Assembly (NCBI GenBank): GCA_003820645.1
Contig: RPOR01000007.1
Coordinates: 1-59,558 of the forward strand
Direction of reading: 5' to 3'
DNA: 59,558 nt
DNA from: Betaproteobacteria bacterium
GTDB taxonomy: Bacteria; Pseudomonadota; Gammaproteobacteria; Burkholderiales; SG8-41
The translations under genes and the position numbers were made by a program. Below the pieces are notes generated by a model, which searched no databases, was not told where the DNA came from, and saw only the letters and a program-made list of their open reading frames with translations. Below, one piece after another: positions 41,415-50,155 of this stretch (its first letter is position 1; every line of letters starts with the position of its first letter).

Positions 41415-42455
41415 TCAGTTGAACAGCTGTTGAATGGTTGTGCGGCCGGGCGCCTGCACAACCCCTTTTTCGGTAATCAGCGCCGTCACCAATTCCGCCG
41501 GCGTGACATCGAACACCGGATTGGCAATATGGGCGCCGAGTGGCGCCCAGCGCAGGTCGCGATATCCCGCGACTTCACCGGAATCCCTTTCCTCGATCGG
41601 GATATCCCCGCCTGACGGCATGGTCAAATCGATCGTCGACAGCGGGCAGGCGACATAAAACGGTATGGCATGGCGTTTCGCCAATACCGCCATCATGTAA
41701 GTGCCGATTTTGTTGGCGACATCGCCGTTGGCCGCCACGCGGTCTGCACCGACGATGACGGCGTCGATGTGCCGGGCACCCATCACATAGCCCGCAGCGC
41801 TGTCGACGATCAGCGTTACCGGAATGCCATCCTGCTGCAGCTCCCAGACCGTGAGCCGCGCGCCCTGCAGGAATGGACGTGTCTCATTGGCAATGACTTC
41901 CATTTTCTTGCCGGCCAGTGCCGCGGATCGCACCACGCCCAGCGCCGTGCCATGGCCTGCGGTGGCCAGCGCGCCGGCATTGCAATGGGTCATGACGCGG
42001 GCGACATCGGGCAGCAGCGCCGCGCCATGTGCGCCCAGCGCGCGGTTGATGCGTACATCTTCTGCGGCGATTCGCTGTGCGGCATCGAGCAGCGTCACGG
42101 CGCGGTCCGCATTGCCGGAACCGCTGGACGCCTGGAGACGTTCGCGCATCCGTGCCAGCGCCCAGTGCAGGTTGACCGCGGTAGGGCGGCTGTTACCGAG
42201 CACCGCAAAGGCCTGGTGCATGCCCTCATCAAAGCCTGCCTGCGACTCGTGCCGCAGCCGCCGCGCTTCCAGCGCAATGCCGTAGGCCGCAGCGCAGCCG
42301 ATCGCCGGGGCGCCACGCACGACCAGATCGCGGATCGCTGCAGCAACGGCGGCGGCACTGTCGAAGCGCGGATACGTGCAGTGATCCGGCAACAGGCGCT
42401 GATCAAGCAGCTCCAGTGAGTCATCGATCCAGCGCAGAGTATGGAATGCGGCCAT
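41415..42455 (-). CDS. mtnA: S-methyl-5-thioribose-1-phosphate isomerase
   Basis: LLDQRLLP, VRGAPAIG, SRPTAVNL, THCNAGALAT, ETRPFLQGARLT, NKIGTY, NPVFDVTP. Confidence 0.93.
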   Translation of the reverse strand: MAAFHTLRWIDDSLELLDQRLLPDHCTYPRFDSAAAVAAAIRDLVVRGAPAIGCAAAYGIALEARRLRHESQAGFDEGMHQAFAVLGNSRPTAVNLHWALARMRERLQASSGSGNADRAVTLLDAAQRIAAEDVRINRALGAHGAALLPDVARVMTHCNAGALATAGHGTALGVVRSAALAGKKMEVIANETRPFLQGARLTVWELQQDGIPVTLIVDSAAGYVMGARHIDAVIVGADRVAANGDVANKIGTYMMAVLAKRHAIPFYVACPLSTIDLTMPSGGDIPIEERDSGEVAGYRDLRWAPLGAHIANPVFDVTPAELVTALITEKGVVQAPGRTTIQQLFN

Positions 42456-42459
42456 GATC

Positions 42460-43662
42460 TCAGTATGGAGCCGTAGCGGGCGGGGATGCGATGCCGGCAC
42501 GCACGCGCTGCTCGAAGCCGCCGTATTCCAGCTCGGCGCGCGCAATATGCTGTTCCGCTGCGGAACGGTAAGTCCCATGCGCGCTGGCGCGGGTCATGAT
42601 GTCGATATCGTGCAAATAAATTTCTGCGGCCACTGCCGCGTAATGATCGTTGACACCAAATGCGCAGAGACCGAATGCCGGGCTAACTGCAATGCGGGGT
42701 GCTGCATCAATCCGGCCGTCCGCGGCATGTCCCAGCGTACGGGCAAGGTAATCACGGTAGCGGCGGGCATAAGCCGCGACGTCGTCGTCGATCAGCGGCA
42801 CGCGCTTGGTGTAGATCGCATGCTGCGGTGTCGGTGGACCTTGCTGGGATATTTCGGCAAGGTCGGATCGTTGCGCATAGGCCAGCGTCGTCGGTGTGGT
42901 GACCACTTTCATCGCCAGCGGAAATCCGGCGGCGGCCGATACAGCGGCGCACAAGCCGGCGGTTACGGCGGGATCCGCCGGTACCGCCGTCTCCGTTGTT
43001 GCGACGGGTCGTGGTGCGCCATGGCGCTCGAGATAATCTTCAGCCAAACCGACCAGCCGCAGCAGATGGTCATGGGATGCGCGCGCGGTATGACCGAAGG
43101 CCACGACGCCATGGCATGCGAGGATCAGGCCGATGGTCCGCGCAGAAGCGTCGCGCTCAAACACGGCTTTGCAGGCACGCGCCAGCGCTGCGCCGGAATG
43201 GCGGTAGGGCACCACCGGCGCCCGATCGCCAAAAGCGGAGGCACACGCCGCCTCGCAATTGGCCACATTGGCAACGGCGAGCACGGCGTCGGCATGCGCA
43301 TGCTCGACGAAGGCGTACGGCAGCGCGGCGTGGAGCAGGGTTTCAATGGACGGTTTGGGCGCTGCCGGTTCGCGTTTGCAGCCATCGATGCGCCGCATCA
43401 GTGCCGCGTCCGGCAGCGTCGGGTCGTGCAGCAGCGTGCGCAGGGCGTCGAGGTCGAGCGCGGTGAAATGTTCCTCGCGCACCTCGGCCAGATTCGAGCC
43501 GGTGCCCTTGACGTACAGCGTATTGTCCACTTTCAGCGAGGTATTGCCGCCGCCGTACAACACCAGCGTCGGGTCGCTGCCGATCAGGCGCGATGTATAC
43601 GCGCGCAGGGCCAGCGCTGAAGGGCAGCTCTGCGCTGCAACGTCATCCCAGCGGGATTTCAA
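42460..43662 (-). CDS. Class II aldolase/adducin family protein, RhaD/YuxG-type aldolase domain without the C-terminal SDR domain
   Basis: MKSRW, YTSRLIG.DP.LVLYGGGNTS.K, VKGTG, PSIET..H, metal ligands HAH and HG, GPPTPQH..YTKR; TTG start at 43662. Confidence 0.82.
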   Translation of the reverse strand: MKSRWDDVAAQSCPSALALRAYTSRLIGSDPTLVLYGGGNTSLKVDNTLYVKGTGSNLAEVREEHFTALDLDALRTLLHDPTLPDAALMRRIDGCKREPAAPKPSIETLLHAALPYAFVEHAHADAVLAVANVANCEAACASAFGDRAPVVPYRHSGAALARACKAVFERDASARTIGLILACHGVVAFGHTARASHDHLLRLVGLAEDYLERHGAPRPVATTETAVPADPAVTAGLCAAVSAAAGFPLAMKVVTTPTTLAYAQRSDLAEISQQGPPTPQHAIYTKRVPLIDDDVAAYARRYRDYLARTLGHAADGRIDAAPRIAVSPAFGLCAFGVNDHYAAVAAEIYLHDIDIMTRASAHGTYRSAAEQHIARAELEYGGFEQRVRAGIASPPATAPY

Positions 43663-43708
43663 GATCGATTCTCGGTGGCGAGTGGCAGTCTCATTATAAT
43701 GGGCCGCT

Positions 43709-44143
43709 ATGCACATGCCCGGGAATTTCACCGTCCGCCTCGCGTCCTGGCGTGATGATCAGTCCGCCCTGCGGGACGTGCGGCGGGAAGTGTTCATCAT
43801 CGAACAGCAGGTGCCCGAGGCGCTGGAATGGGATGATGCCGATGCGATGTCGGTGCATGTGCTGGCGCTGGATGCGCGGGATCTGCCCATCGGTACCGGG
43901 CGGCTGCTGGCCGACGGCCAAATCGGGCGCATGGCCGTCGTGCGCGACTGGCGCCGTCACGGCGTCGGCAGCAGGATCCTGGATTTGCTGCTGACACTGG
44001 CTCGGCAGCGGGGTTTTTCGGCGGTACACCTGCATGCCCAGACCCATGCGCTGGGCTTTTACGCCAGACATGGTTTTGTCGTGCATGGTGAGACATTCAC
44101 CGAAGCCGGCATCCCGCACCGGCTGATGTCGCTCAGCTGGTGA
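43709..44143 (+). CDS. GNAT N-acetyltransferase (ElaA/YjcF-like)
   Basis: VRREVFIIEQ, IGRMAV, RRHGVG, HAQ..A..FY, EAGIPH. Confidence 0.88.
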   Translation: MHMPGNFTVRLASWRDDQSALRDVRREVFIIEQQVPEALEWDDADAMSVHVLALDARDLPIGTGRLLADGQIGRMAVVRDWRRHGVGSRILDLLLTLARQRGFSAVHLHAQTHALGFYARHGFVVHGETFTEAGIPHRLMSLSW

Positions 44144-44927
44144 CGGCGCGGGCCGTGCGTTCCAGGCGAAAGGCCCGGGCGTCTTCGCCCTGCAGCATGG
44201 CGTTGGGTCCGTAGCGTTTTTCGTGCACAAATACGTCGCCCGAGGTATGCACCAGCAGCAGCGTGGAACTGCGCGTGCCGTAATGCTCGCCGCTGATGAA
44301 TGGCGGTGACAACTCGCGTTCGCGCTGGGTCGGAATGCCGGTCGCGGGCAGTTGCGTATCCTCTGCCCATTGCTGGTCCGCGAGCAGCGCAAACAGCGTG
44401 GCGCTGATGGCGTCTGGATCATCGAGTTCACGCGTGGCGCCAACGGCCGCCATGCCCGCAGTCACTTTCGGCCACGGCGTGTCCAGCAAATGATTGCTCA
44501 AACCATGGCATCCAGGTGTCACTTCGACGACGCCATTGCCGCGGTTGGAATAGAAGTTCAGCGCGTCGAGATCGCCGGCGATCATGCTGAACGGATTGTA
44601 CTCGGCGCGGTTCGCCGCCGCTTTGCCGAAATACTCCGTCGCCGGCGCATCACTGATCAGGAACCTGCTGACCAGTTCGCCGCGGGAACGGGGCGCGGCT
44701 GCGCCGGGCGTGCCCTCGCGAAAATTGGTGATTGCGGCAAAACGACCATTGGTATTGAGGCCCATCCAGGTGCCGCCTTTTTCCAGGTCGCGGCCGGCAT
44801 AGATCTCCGGGTGGTCAGCCCAGAAGCCGGCAGGGGCGGCCGGGCGGTCATGGTGCTCGTCGCGATTGGCAGCGACCACCAGCGGGAAATAGCGATGCGC
44901 GCGGAAGCTGAGCAGGATCAGGCACAT
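44133..44927 (-). CDS. NRDE/TANGO2 family protein
   Basis: N-terminal MCLI, AANRDE, GRDL..GGTW, SRGELV, YGTRSST. Confidence 0.9.
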   Translation of the reverse strand: MCLILLSFRAHRYFPLVVAANRDEHHDRPAAPAGFWADHPEIYAGRDLEKGGTWMGLNTNGRFAAITNFREGTPGAAAPRSRGELVSRFLISDAPATEYFGKAAANRAEYNPFSMIAGDLDALNFYSNRGNGVVEVTPGCHGLSNHLLDTPWPKVTAGMAAVGATRELDDPDAISATLFALLADQQWAEDTQLPATGIPTQRERELSPPFISGEHYGTRSSTLLLVHTSGDVFVHEKRYGPNAMLQGEDARAFRLERTARAVTS

Positions 44928-44931
44928 GCCG

Positions 44932-45213
44932 TCATTCCGCGAAACATTCGGTATGCCGGGCACTGCCGGCCTGCAGCAAGGCGTTGATGCCGGAGCCGGC
45001 AACTGCTTCGGCGAGTGCCCATTCGAACCCGGACTCGTCGGCCACGTGTTCGTAGATTTCCATCCACAGCAGCGGTTCATTGCGCTTTTTCAGCACGCGC
45101 CCCTGGACGCCGGTGGCGGCGCGGACCGCTGCCAGCAATTTCTGCACGGCTGCCCCGCAGGCCGCAGTCTGGCCGGCATTGACGCGATAGTAAATATAAT
45201 AGGACCAGGCCAT
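44932..45213 (-). CDS. DUF4936-like small protein
   Basis: YYIYYRV, LWMEIYE, RHTECF; typical position between ygfZ and NRDE. Confidence 0.75.
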   Translation of the reverse strand: MAWSYYIYYRVNAGQTAACGAAVQKLLAAVRAATGVQGRVLKKRNEPLLWMEIYEHVADESGFEWALAEAVAGSGINALLQAGSARHTECFAE

Positions 45214-45227
45214 ATGCTGCGCATTCT

Positions 45228-46115
45228 TCAGTTTGTCGCGTAGGGCAGGGGCACTACCCTCAGCACCGGCCCCTGCAATGAGCCCAGATGATATTGCGTC
45301 GACTGCGCATTGGCCGTCTGCAGCACCGCCAGCACATCATGCTGGTTATCCGCGCCACGCGCACTGGCCACGATCCTGCCGCTGGCCTGGTCGCCGAGGT
45401 CGGCACAATAGAGCTTGTCCCCGGGCGCTGCCGCGGCCGCCAACTGCGCGCGATACATGCGCTGTTTCAGCTTGCCCAGATAATGGGTGCGCGCGACGAT
45501 TTCCTGACCGGGATAACAACCCTTGGTGTAACTCAGTCCGCCGATCAGATCGAGATTGACCATCTGCGGCACGAATTCTTCCTGCGTCGCCGGCAGGATG
45601 AAAGGAATGCCGGCAGCGATGTCCAGCTGCGCCCACGCGCCGGTGTCGTCGGCGGCGACGCCGGCCTGCGCGCGCGGCACGGTCAGCAGATAACGATCAA
45701 CCGGCAGGCGGATCACGCTGACGTCGCCGGCAACACTGACGCCATGCAAGCGCCCGGGCATGTTGCCGCCCAGGGCAGCAATCTGCTGCGGTGCGTCCGC
45801 ACCATGAATGCCGATCCCGGCATGGGCTGGCGTGATGTCGTCGACTTTCACTTTGGAGCGCAGGATATACATCGTCAGCCGCTTGCGGATGGCTTCCGCC
45901 AGCACCGAAGGCAACAGCATCGTGTAGCCGGCTTCATCGGCCCAGAGCAGGAACGTCGCCAGCAGCCGGCCTTTGGGTGTGCAATAGCCGCCATAGGTGC
46001 TGTTGCCGTGTTTCAGCGCGAGCACATCGCAGGTCAGCTGGGCATGAAGAAAGCCCTGTGCATCGACACCGGAAAAACGCAGCAGGGCAAATTGGGACAA
46101 AGCAACGGCGGTCAT
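45228..46115 (-). CDS. ygfZ: Folate-binding protein YgfZ (GcvT-like)
   Basis: G.DA..FL..QLT.D, PKGR, signature KGCYPGQE; start ATG 46115. Confidence 0.92.
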   Translation of the reverse strand: MTAVALSQFALLRFSGVDAQGFLHAQLTCDVLALKHGNSTYGGYCTPKGRLLATFLLWADEAGYTMLLPSVLAEAIRKRLTMYILRSKVKVDDITPAHAGIGIHGADAPQQIAALGGNMPGRLHGVSVAGDVSVIRLPVDRYLLTVPRAQAGVAADDTGAWAQLDIAAGIPFILPATQEEFVPQMVNLDLIGGLSYTKGCYPGQEIVARTHYLGKLKQRMYRAQLAAAAAPGDKLYCADLGDQASGRIVASARGADNQHDVLAVLQTANAQSTQYHLGSLQGPVLRVVPLPYATN

Positions 46116-46265
46116 GAAACGATTACCTGAAAAAATACAGCGTGACGAAAGGTGGATGATAGCGCTCTCTCCGGAAAATGTAAAAATATACAATAAAAAC
46201 AATATGTTATATCGTTCCCTGCGCGGGTTTGCATTCCACCGCTGAATGCGCTGCAATGACCGGCG

Positions 46266-46736
46266 ATGACCGCCCACCCGATGCCCACCCTGCAAGCGGT
46301 CGCCTTGCATCCGTCGCGCAGACTGGCGGCACTGCTGATTGCTGCGCATGCCGGGGCTGGCGCACTGCTGCTGTCGCTGCCAATTCCGGCCTGGGCCGTG
46401 GCCGGCGCGCTGTTGCCGGTGTTGGCGAGCGCCGTCTACTCCGTGTCGCACCATGCGCTGCTGCGCGGTCGCCGTGCGATTACGACCCTGGCCTTCAGCG
46501 ATCGCGAACGCGTCAGTGTTGGTTTGTGCGACGGCACCCGGCGCGCAGGACGTATCCTGGGTAGCAGCACGGTCGGTGCAACGCTGACCGTGCTCAATAT
46601 CGCATTCGAGGCCCGGCGCCTGCCGGTCCATGTCGTCTTGCTGGGTGACAGTCTCGATGCCGAGGATTTCCGCCGCCTCCGGGTCTGGTTGCGCTGGGCA
46701 CCGCGCGGCGGCACCGACGAACCGGCCGTGGAATAA
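46266..46736 (+). CDS. YgfX (CptA)-like membrane protein
   Basis: L.PSRRL, two TM helices, DSLDAEDFRRLRVWLRW; divergent from ygfZ. Confidence 0.75.
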   Translation: MTAHPMPTLQAVALHPSRRLAALLIAAHAGAGALLLSLPIPAWAVAGALLPVLASAVYSVSHHALLRGRRAITTLAFSDRERVSVGLCDGTRRAGRILGSSTVGATLTVLNIAFEARRLPVHVVLLGDSLDAEDFRRLRVWLRWAPRGGTDEPAVE

Positions 46737-46787
46737 ACCGCAATCGGGCTGCGGCCTTGCCGGCTGCAAATTTGCCGACCGCTCGCC

Positions 46788-48023
46788 TCAATGCCCGGAT
46801 TCTTCCGGCGGTTTTACCGCGCTGAACATTTTCAGCAACGTCAGGTCATAGATGATTTTCAACACACCGCAAATCACCAGTGGCCAGCCGAAGGCGCTCA
46901 GCGTCAGCAGCGCCCCGGCCAGCGACGGGCTCAATGCACTGGCGAGGCTGCGCGGTACGGCCGTCACGCTGGCCGCCGCAGGACGCTCGCCTGGCGACAC
47001 CACGGCCATCACGTACGAAGTGCGCGCCGGCACGTCCATCGATGACAGAGCGCTGCGCAGGAACAGGAACAGCAGCGCCAATTCCAGCGTCGGCATGAGC
47101 GGTACCAGGATCAGGAACACGTTGGCCGGCAGATGGGTGAAGACCATGGTGTTGATCAGGCCAAAGCGGGCGGCGACGCGGGCAGCGGCGAGATGCGAGA
47201 ACGCCGTCAGCAGCCCGGTCCAGAAAAAGATGGTGCCGGCTGCCGTTACCGAGAGTTCGAAGCGCTGGAACAGCCACAGCGCCAGCAACGACTGCACCGC
47301 GAAGCCGCCGGCAAAGGCATCGATGCTGAACAGCGCAGCCAGCGTGTAGACGATACGCCGCGACTTGCCGAGTGGCACCGGCTGCTCATGGTGTTCCGGT
47401 TCCAGCGCCGGCGACAACCGCCGGTACAGCATGAAACCGGCCATGCCGAGCGCCGCATATAACAGGAACATGGCCTGGATCGCGGCCAGCGGCGTCATCA
47501 TGCCGTGCGCGGCGAACAGGTCGGGCAGGCCCGCCGCCTGTGCGCCCAGCGCTGCGACCAGCGCGCCGATCAGGCTGTAGCGTGCGAACAGCGCAGTGCG
47601 CGACTGGGCAGGCGCGGCCCGCGTCAACAGTGTCTGTTCCAGCGGCGAGAACAGCGTGACATCGTTAGCTGCAGGATTCAGCGTGCCGATGGCGGCCACT
47701 ACCAGCAAGGGCCAGAACCCGGTCAGGGCGGGCATGGCGAGGCCGGTGACGATCATCAACAGGCTCGCGAACAGCAGCAGATGGCGGGTGGAATGACGGT
47801 GCGCGATGAACCCCACGCCGAGCGTCATCAGGCCCGAGCCGAGCAGTGTCGCAGTGACCAGCAGGCCGACCTGCAGGGCGCTGTAGCCCAGCAGTATCAG
47901 GTAGTAGGGCAGCAGCAGGCTGACAAACCCGTCGCCGAAGGCGCGTAGTGCCCGCGCAGCGAGCAGCGCTCGCGCATCGGGCAGCGTGCCCGGGGGCAGC
48001 ATGAAATCGCGAATGGCAACCAT
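46788..48023 (-). CDS. MFS transporter
   Basis: About 12 TM helices; ARALRAFGDG, DAFAGGF, MDVPARTSY; start 48023 or 48002. Confidence 0.85.
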   Translation of the reverse strand: MVAIRDFMLPPGTLPDARALLAARALRAFGDGFVSLLLPYYLILLGYSALQVGLLVTATLLGSGLMTLGVGFIAHRHSTRHLLLFASLLMIVTGLAMPALTGFWPLLVVAAIGTLNPAANDVTLFSPLEQTLLTRAAPAQSRTALFARYSLIGALVAALGAQAAGLPDLFAAHGMMTPLAAIQAMFLLYAALGMAGFMLYRRLSPALEPEHHEQPVPLGKSRRIVYTLAALFSIDAFAGGFAVQSLLALWLFQRFELSVTAAGTIFFWTGLLTAFSHLAAARVAARFGLINTMVFTHLPANVFLILVPLMPTLELALLFLFLRSALSSMDVPARTSYVMAVVSPGERPAAASVTAVPRSLASALSPSLAGALLTLSAFGWPLVICGVLKIIYDLTLLKMFSAVKPPEESGH

Positions 48024-48128
48024 GGGGATTGCCCGCGAGCGTAACAGGAAACACCCCGGGCAAAGCCCCCCGCGGCCTGCGTTATACTCCGCGCTCCCCC
48101 AGAATCCAGTCACCCGCACGGAGACCTC

Positions 48129-48824
48129 ATGATCGAGCTCTACAGCTGGGCCACACCGAATGGCCACAAGATTCATATCATGCTCGAGGAAACCGGCCTG
48201 CCGTACCGGGTCCACGGCGTAAATATCCGTACCGGCGACCAGTTCAAACCCGAGTTCCTGAAGATCAGCCCGAACAACCGGATCCCGGCGATTGTCGATC
48301 CCGACGGTCCCGGGGGCAAACCGCTGTCGCTGTTCGAATCCGGTGCGATCCTGCTCTATCTCGCAACGAAGTCGGGCAAATTTCTGCCCGATGATGAAGC
48401 GCAGCGCTGGACCTGCCTGCAATGGCTGATGTGGCAGATGGGCGGCGTCGGACCGATGTTCGGCCAAGCCAACCATTTCCGCCGCTATGCCAAGGACAAG
48501 ATCGAGTACGCCATCGAGCGTTATACCAACGAAGCCAATCGCCTGACGCATGTGCTCGACAAGCAGCTGGCACAGACCCGCTACGTTGCCGGCGACGAAT
48601 ACACGATTGCCGACATGGCGATATTCCCGTGGATGCGCAATGCCGACCAGCGCGGCATCGACATGAAGGAGTATCCCAATGCGCAGCGCTGGTTCGACGC
48701 CATCAATGCCCGTCCGGCAGTGCAACGTGCGCTGCAGGTGCTGTCCAGCGAGTCGAACAGCAATCCGGTCGACGACAAAGCCCGCGATGTGATGTTCGGC
48801 AAGACCCAGTTCCAGAAACGCTGA
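48129..48824 (+). CDS. Glutathione S-transferase, YfcG/YghU (Nu) class
   Basis: TPNGHK, ISPNNRIPAI, FESGAILLYL, GPMFGQ, YTIAD. Confidence 0.9.
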   Translation: MIELYSWATPNGHKIHIMLEETGLPYRVHGVNIRTGDQFKPEFLKISPNNRIPAIVDPDGPGGKPLSLFESGAILLYLATKSGKFLPDDEAQRWTCLQWLMWQMGGVGPMFGQANHFRRYAKDKIEYAIERYTNEANRLTHVLDKQLAQTRYVAGDEYTIADMAIFPWMRNADQRGIDMKEYPNAQRWFDAINARPAVQRALQVLSSESNSNPVDDKARDVMFGKTQFQKR

Positions 48825-48861
48825 CCATACCCTTCGCGGCTATTCCCAAGGCACACCCGAA

Positions 48862-50037
48862 TTGAATGCGGAAAAAAAGAACGTCGCGCTGCTGTGTTCG
48901 ACGCAGGCACTGCTGTTTACCAACAACACCATCCTGATTTCCATCAACGGTCTCGCCGGTTTTGCGTTGGCTGACGACAAATCGCTGGCGACGCTGCCGG
49001 TGACCGCCTACGTGATCGGGGCCGCGCTGACCACGCTGCCGGTGTCGCACCTGATGCGCCGGATCGGCCGCATCAACGGTTTTACCATCGGCACGCTGAT
49101 CGGCATTCTCGGTGCGCTGATTTGCGGCTACGCAGTCTATACCCACAATTTCTGGCTGCTCTGCGCCGGCACGCTGGTAATGGGTATCTACAACGCGTCG
49201 GGGCAGTATTACCGCTTTGCCGCCGCCGATGTCGCCAGCCCCGACTTCAAGAGCAAGGCAATTTCCCTGGTGCTGGCTGGAGGGCTGGTCGGCGGCGTGC
49301 TCGGTCCGCAGACCAGCAAAATCACCAAGGACATGCTGCCGGCTGAATTTCTCGGCAGCTATCTGACGCTGATCGGTTTCTGCGTGATCGCGTTGATTTT
49401 GCAGCGCCTGATGAGCATCCCGCGGCTGACTGCGGCCGAGCAAAGAGACCATGGCCGGCCGTTGCGCGTGATCGCCCGCCAGCCGGAATTTCTGGTGGCC
49501 GTGCTCTCCGGCATGGTCGGCTACGGCGTGATGAACCTGCTGATGACGGCGACACCTCTGGCGATGAAAGCCTGCGAGCACCCGTTCAGTGACACGGCGT
49601 TCGTGATCCAGTGGCATGTCGTCGCGATGTTCGCGCCGTCGTTCTTTACCGGTTCGCTGATCCGGCGCTTCGGCGTGCGCGCGGTCATGTTCACCGGCGT
49701 GCTGCTGAGCCTCGGCTGCGTCGCCATTGCCCTGTCGGGCGTCGAAGTCCTGCATTTCTGGGCGGCGCTGCTGCTGGTCGGCGTCGGCTGGAATTTCATG
49801 TATCTGGGCGGTACCACGCTGCTGACCGAAAGCCATACCGGGCCGGAAAAAGCGAAAGTGCAGGGGGCCAATGACATGGCGATATTCATCACCATGGCCG
49901 TCAGTTCGGCGTCCTCGGGCTGGCTGTTTTCGGCGCGCGGCTGGGAGATCATGAACTACGGCGCGGTGCCGTTTCTGGTGCTTACCGGGATCGCCATCCT
50001 GTTCTTCGGCAGGGACCGCCGCAGCGCCGTTGCCTGA
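48862..50037 (+). CDS. MFS transporter
   Basis: About 12 TM helices; YRFAAAD, IQWHVVAMFAPSFFTG, GVGWNF. Confidence 0.85.
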   Translation: MNAEKKNVALLCSTQALLFTNNTILISINGLAGFALADDKSLATLPVTAYVIGAALTTLPVSHLMRRIGRINGFTIGTLIGILGALICGYAVYTHNFWLLCAGTLVMGIYNASGQYYRFAAADVASPDFKSKAISLVLAGGLVGGVLGPQTSKITKDMLPAEFLGSYLTLIGFCVIALILQRLMSIPRLTAAEQRDHGRPLRVIARQPEFLVAVLSGMVGYGVMNLLMTATPLAMKACEHPFSDTAFVIQWHVVAMFAPSFFTGSLIRRFGVRAVMFTGVLLSLGCVAIALSGVEVLHFWAALLLVGVGWNFMYLGGTTLLTESHTGPEKAKVQGANDMAIFITMAVSSASSGWLFSARGWEIMNYGAVPFLVLTGIAILFFGRDRRSAVA

Positions 50038-50155
50038 CCCGGTTTTTGGCGTTTTGATGTAAAATTCCGGCCATCCGGGCAGAGCGGGATTCTCCACTTC
50101 CGCTTTGCCTTTGTTTTTTCATAAAAATCAACGTGTTCCGTAAGAGGAGTCTCTG

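Noticed and set aside
40627-43662. Idea that the neighbouring SDR is the split-off C-terminal domain of the RhaD-type aldolase
   Set aside because: The SDR is on the opposite strand, has its own upstream region and has FabG/PhaB-type motifs; no evidence of a fission.
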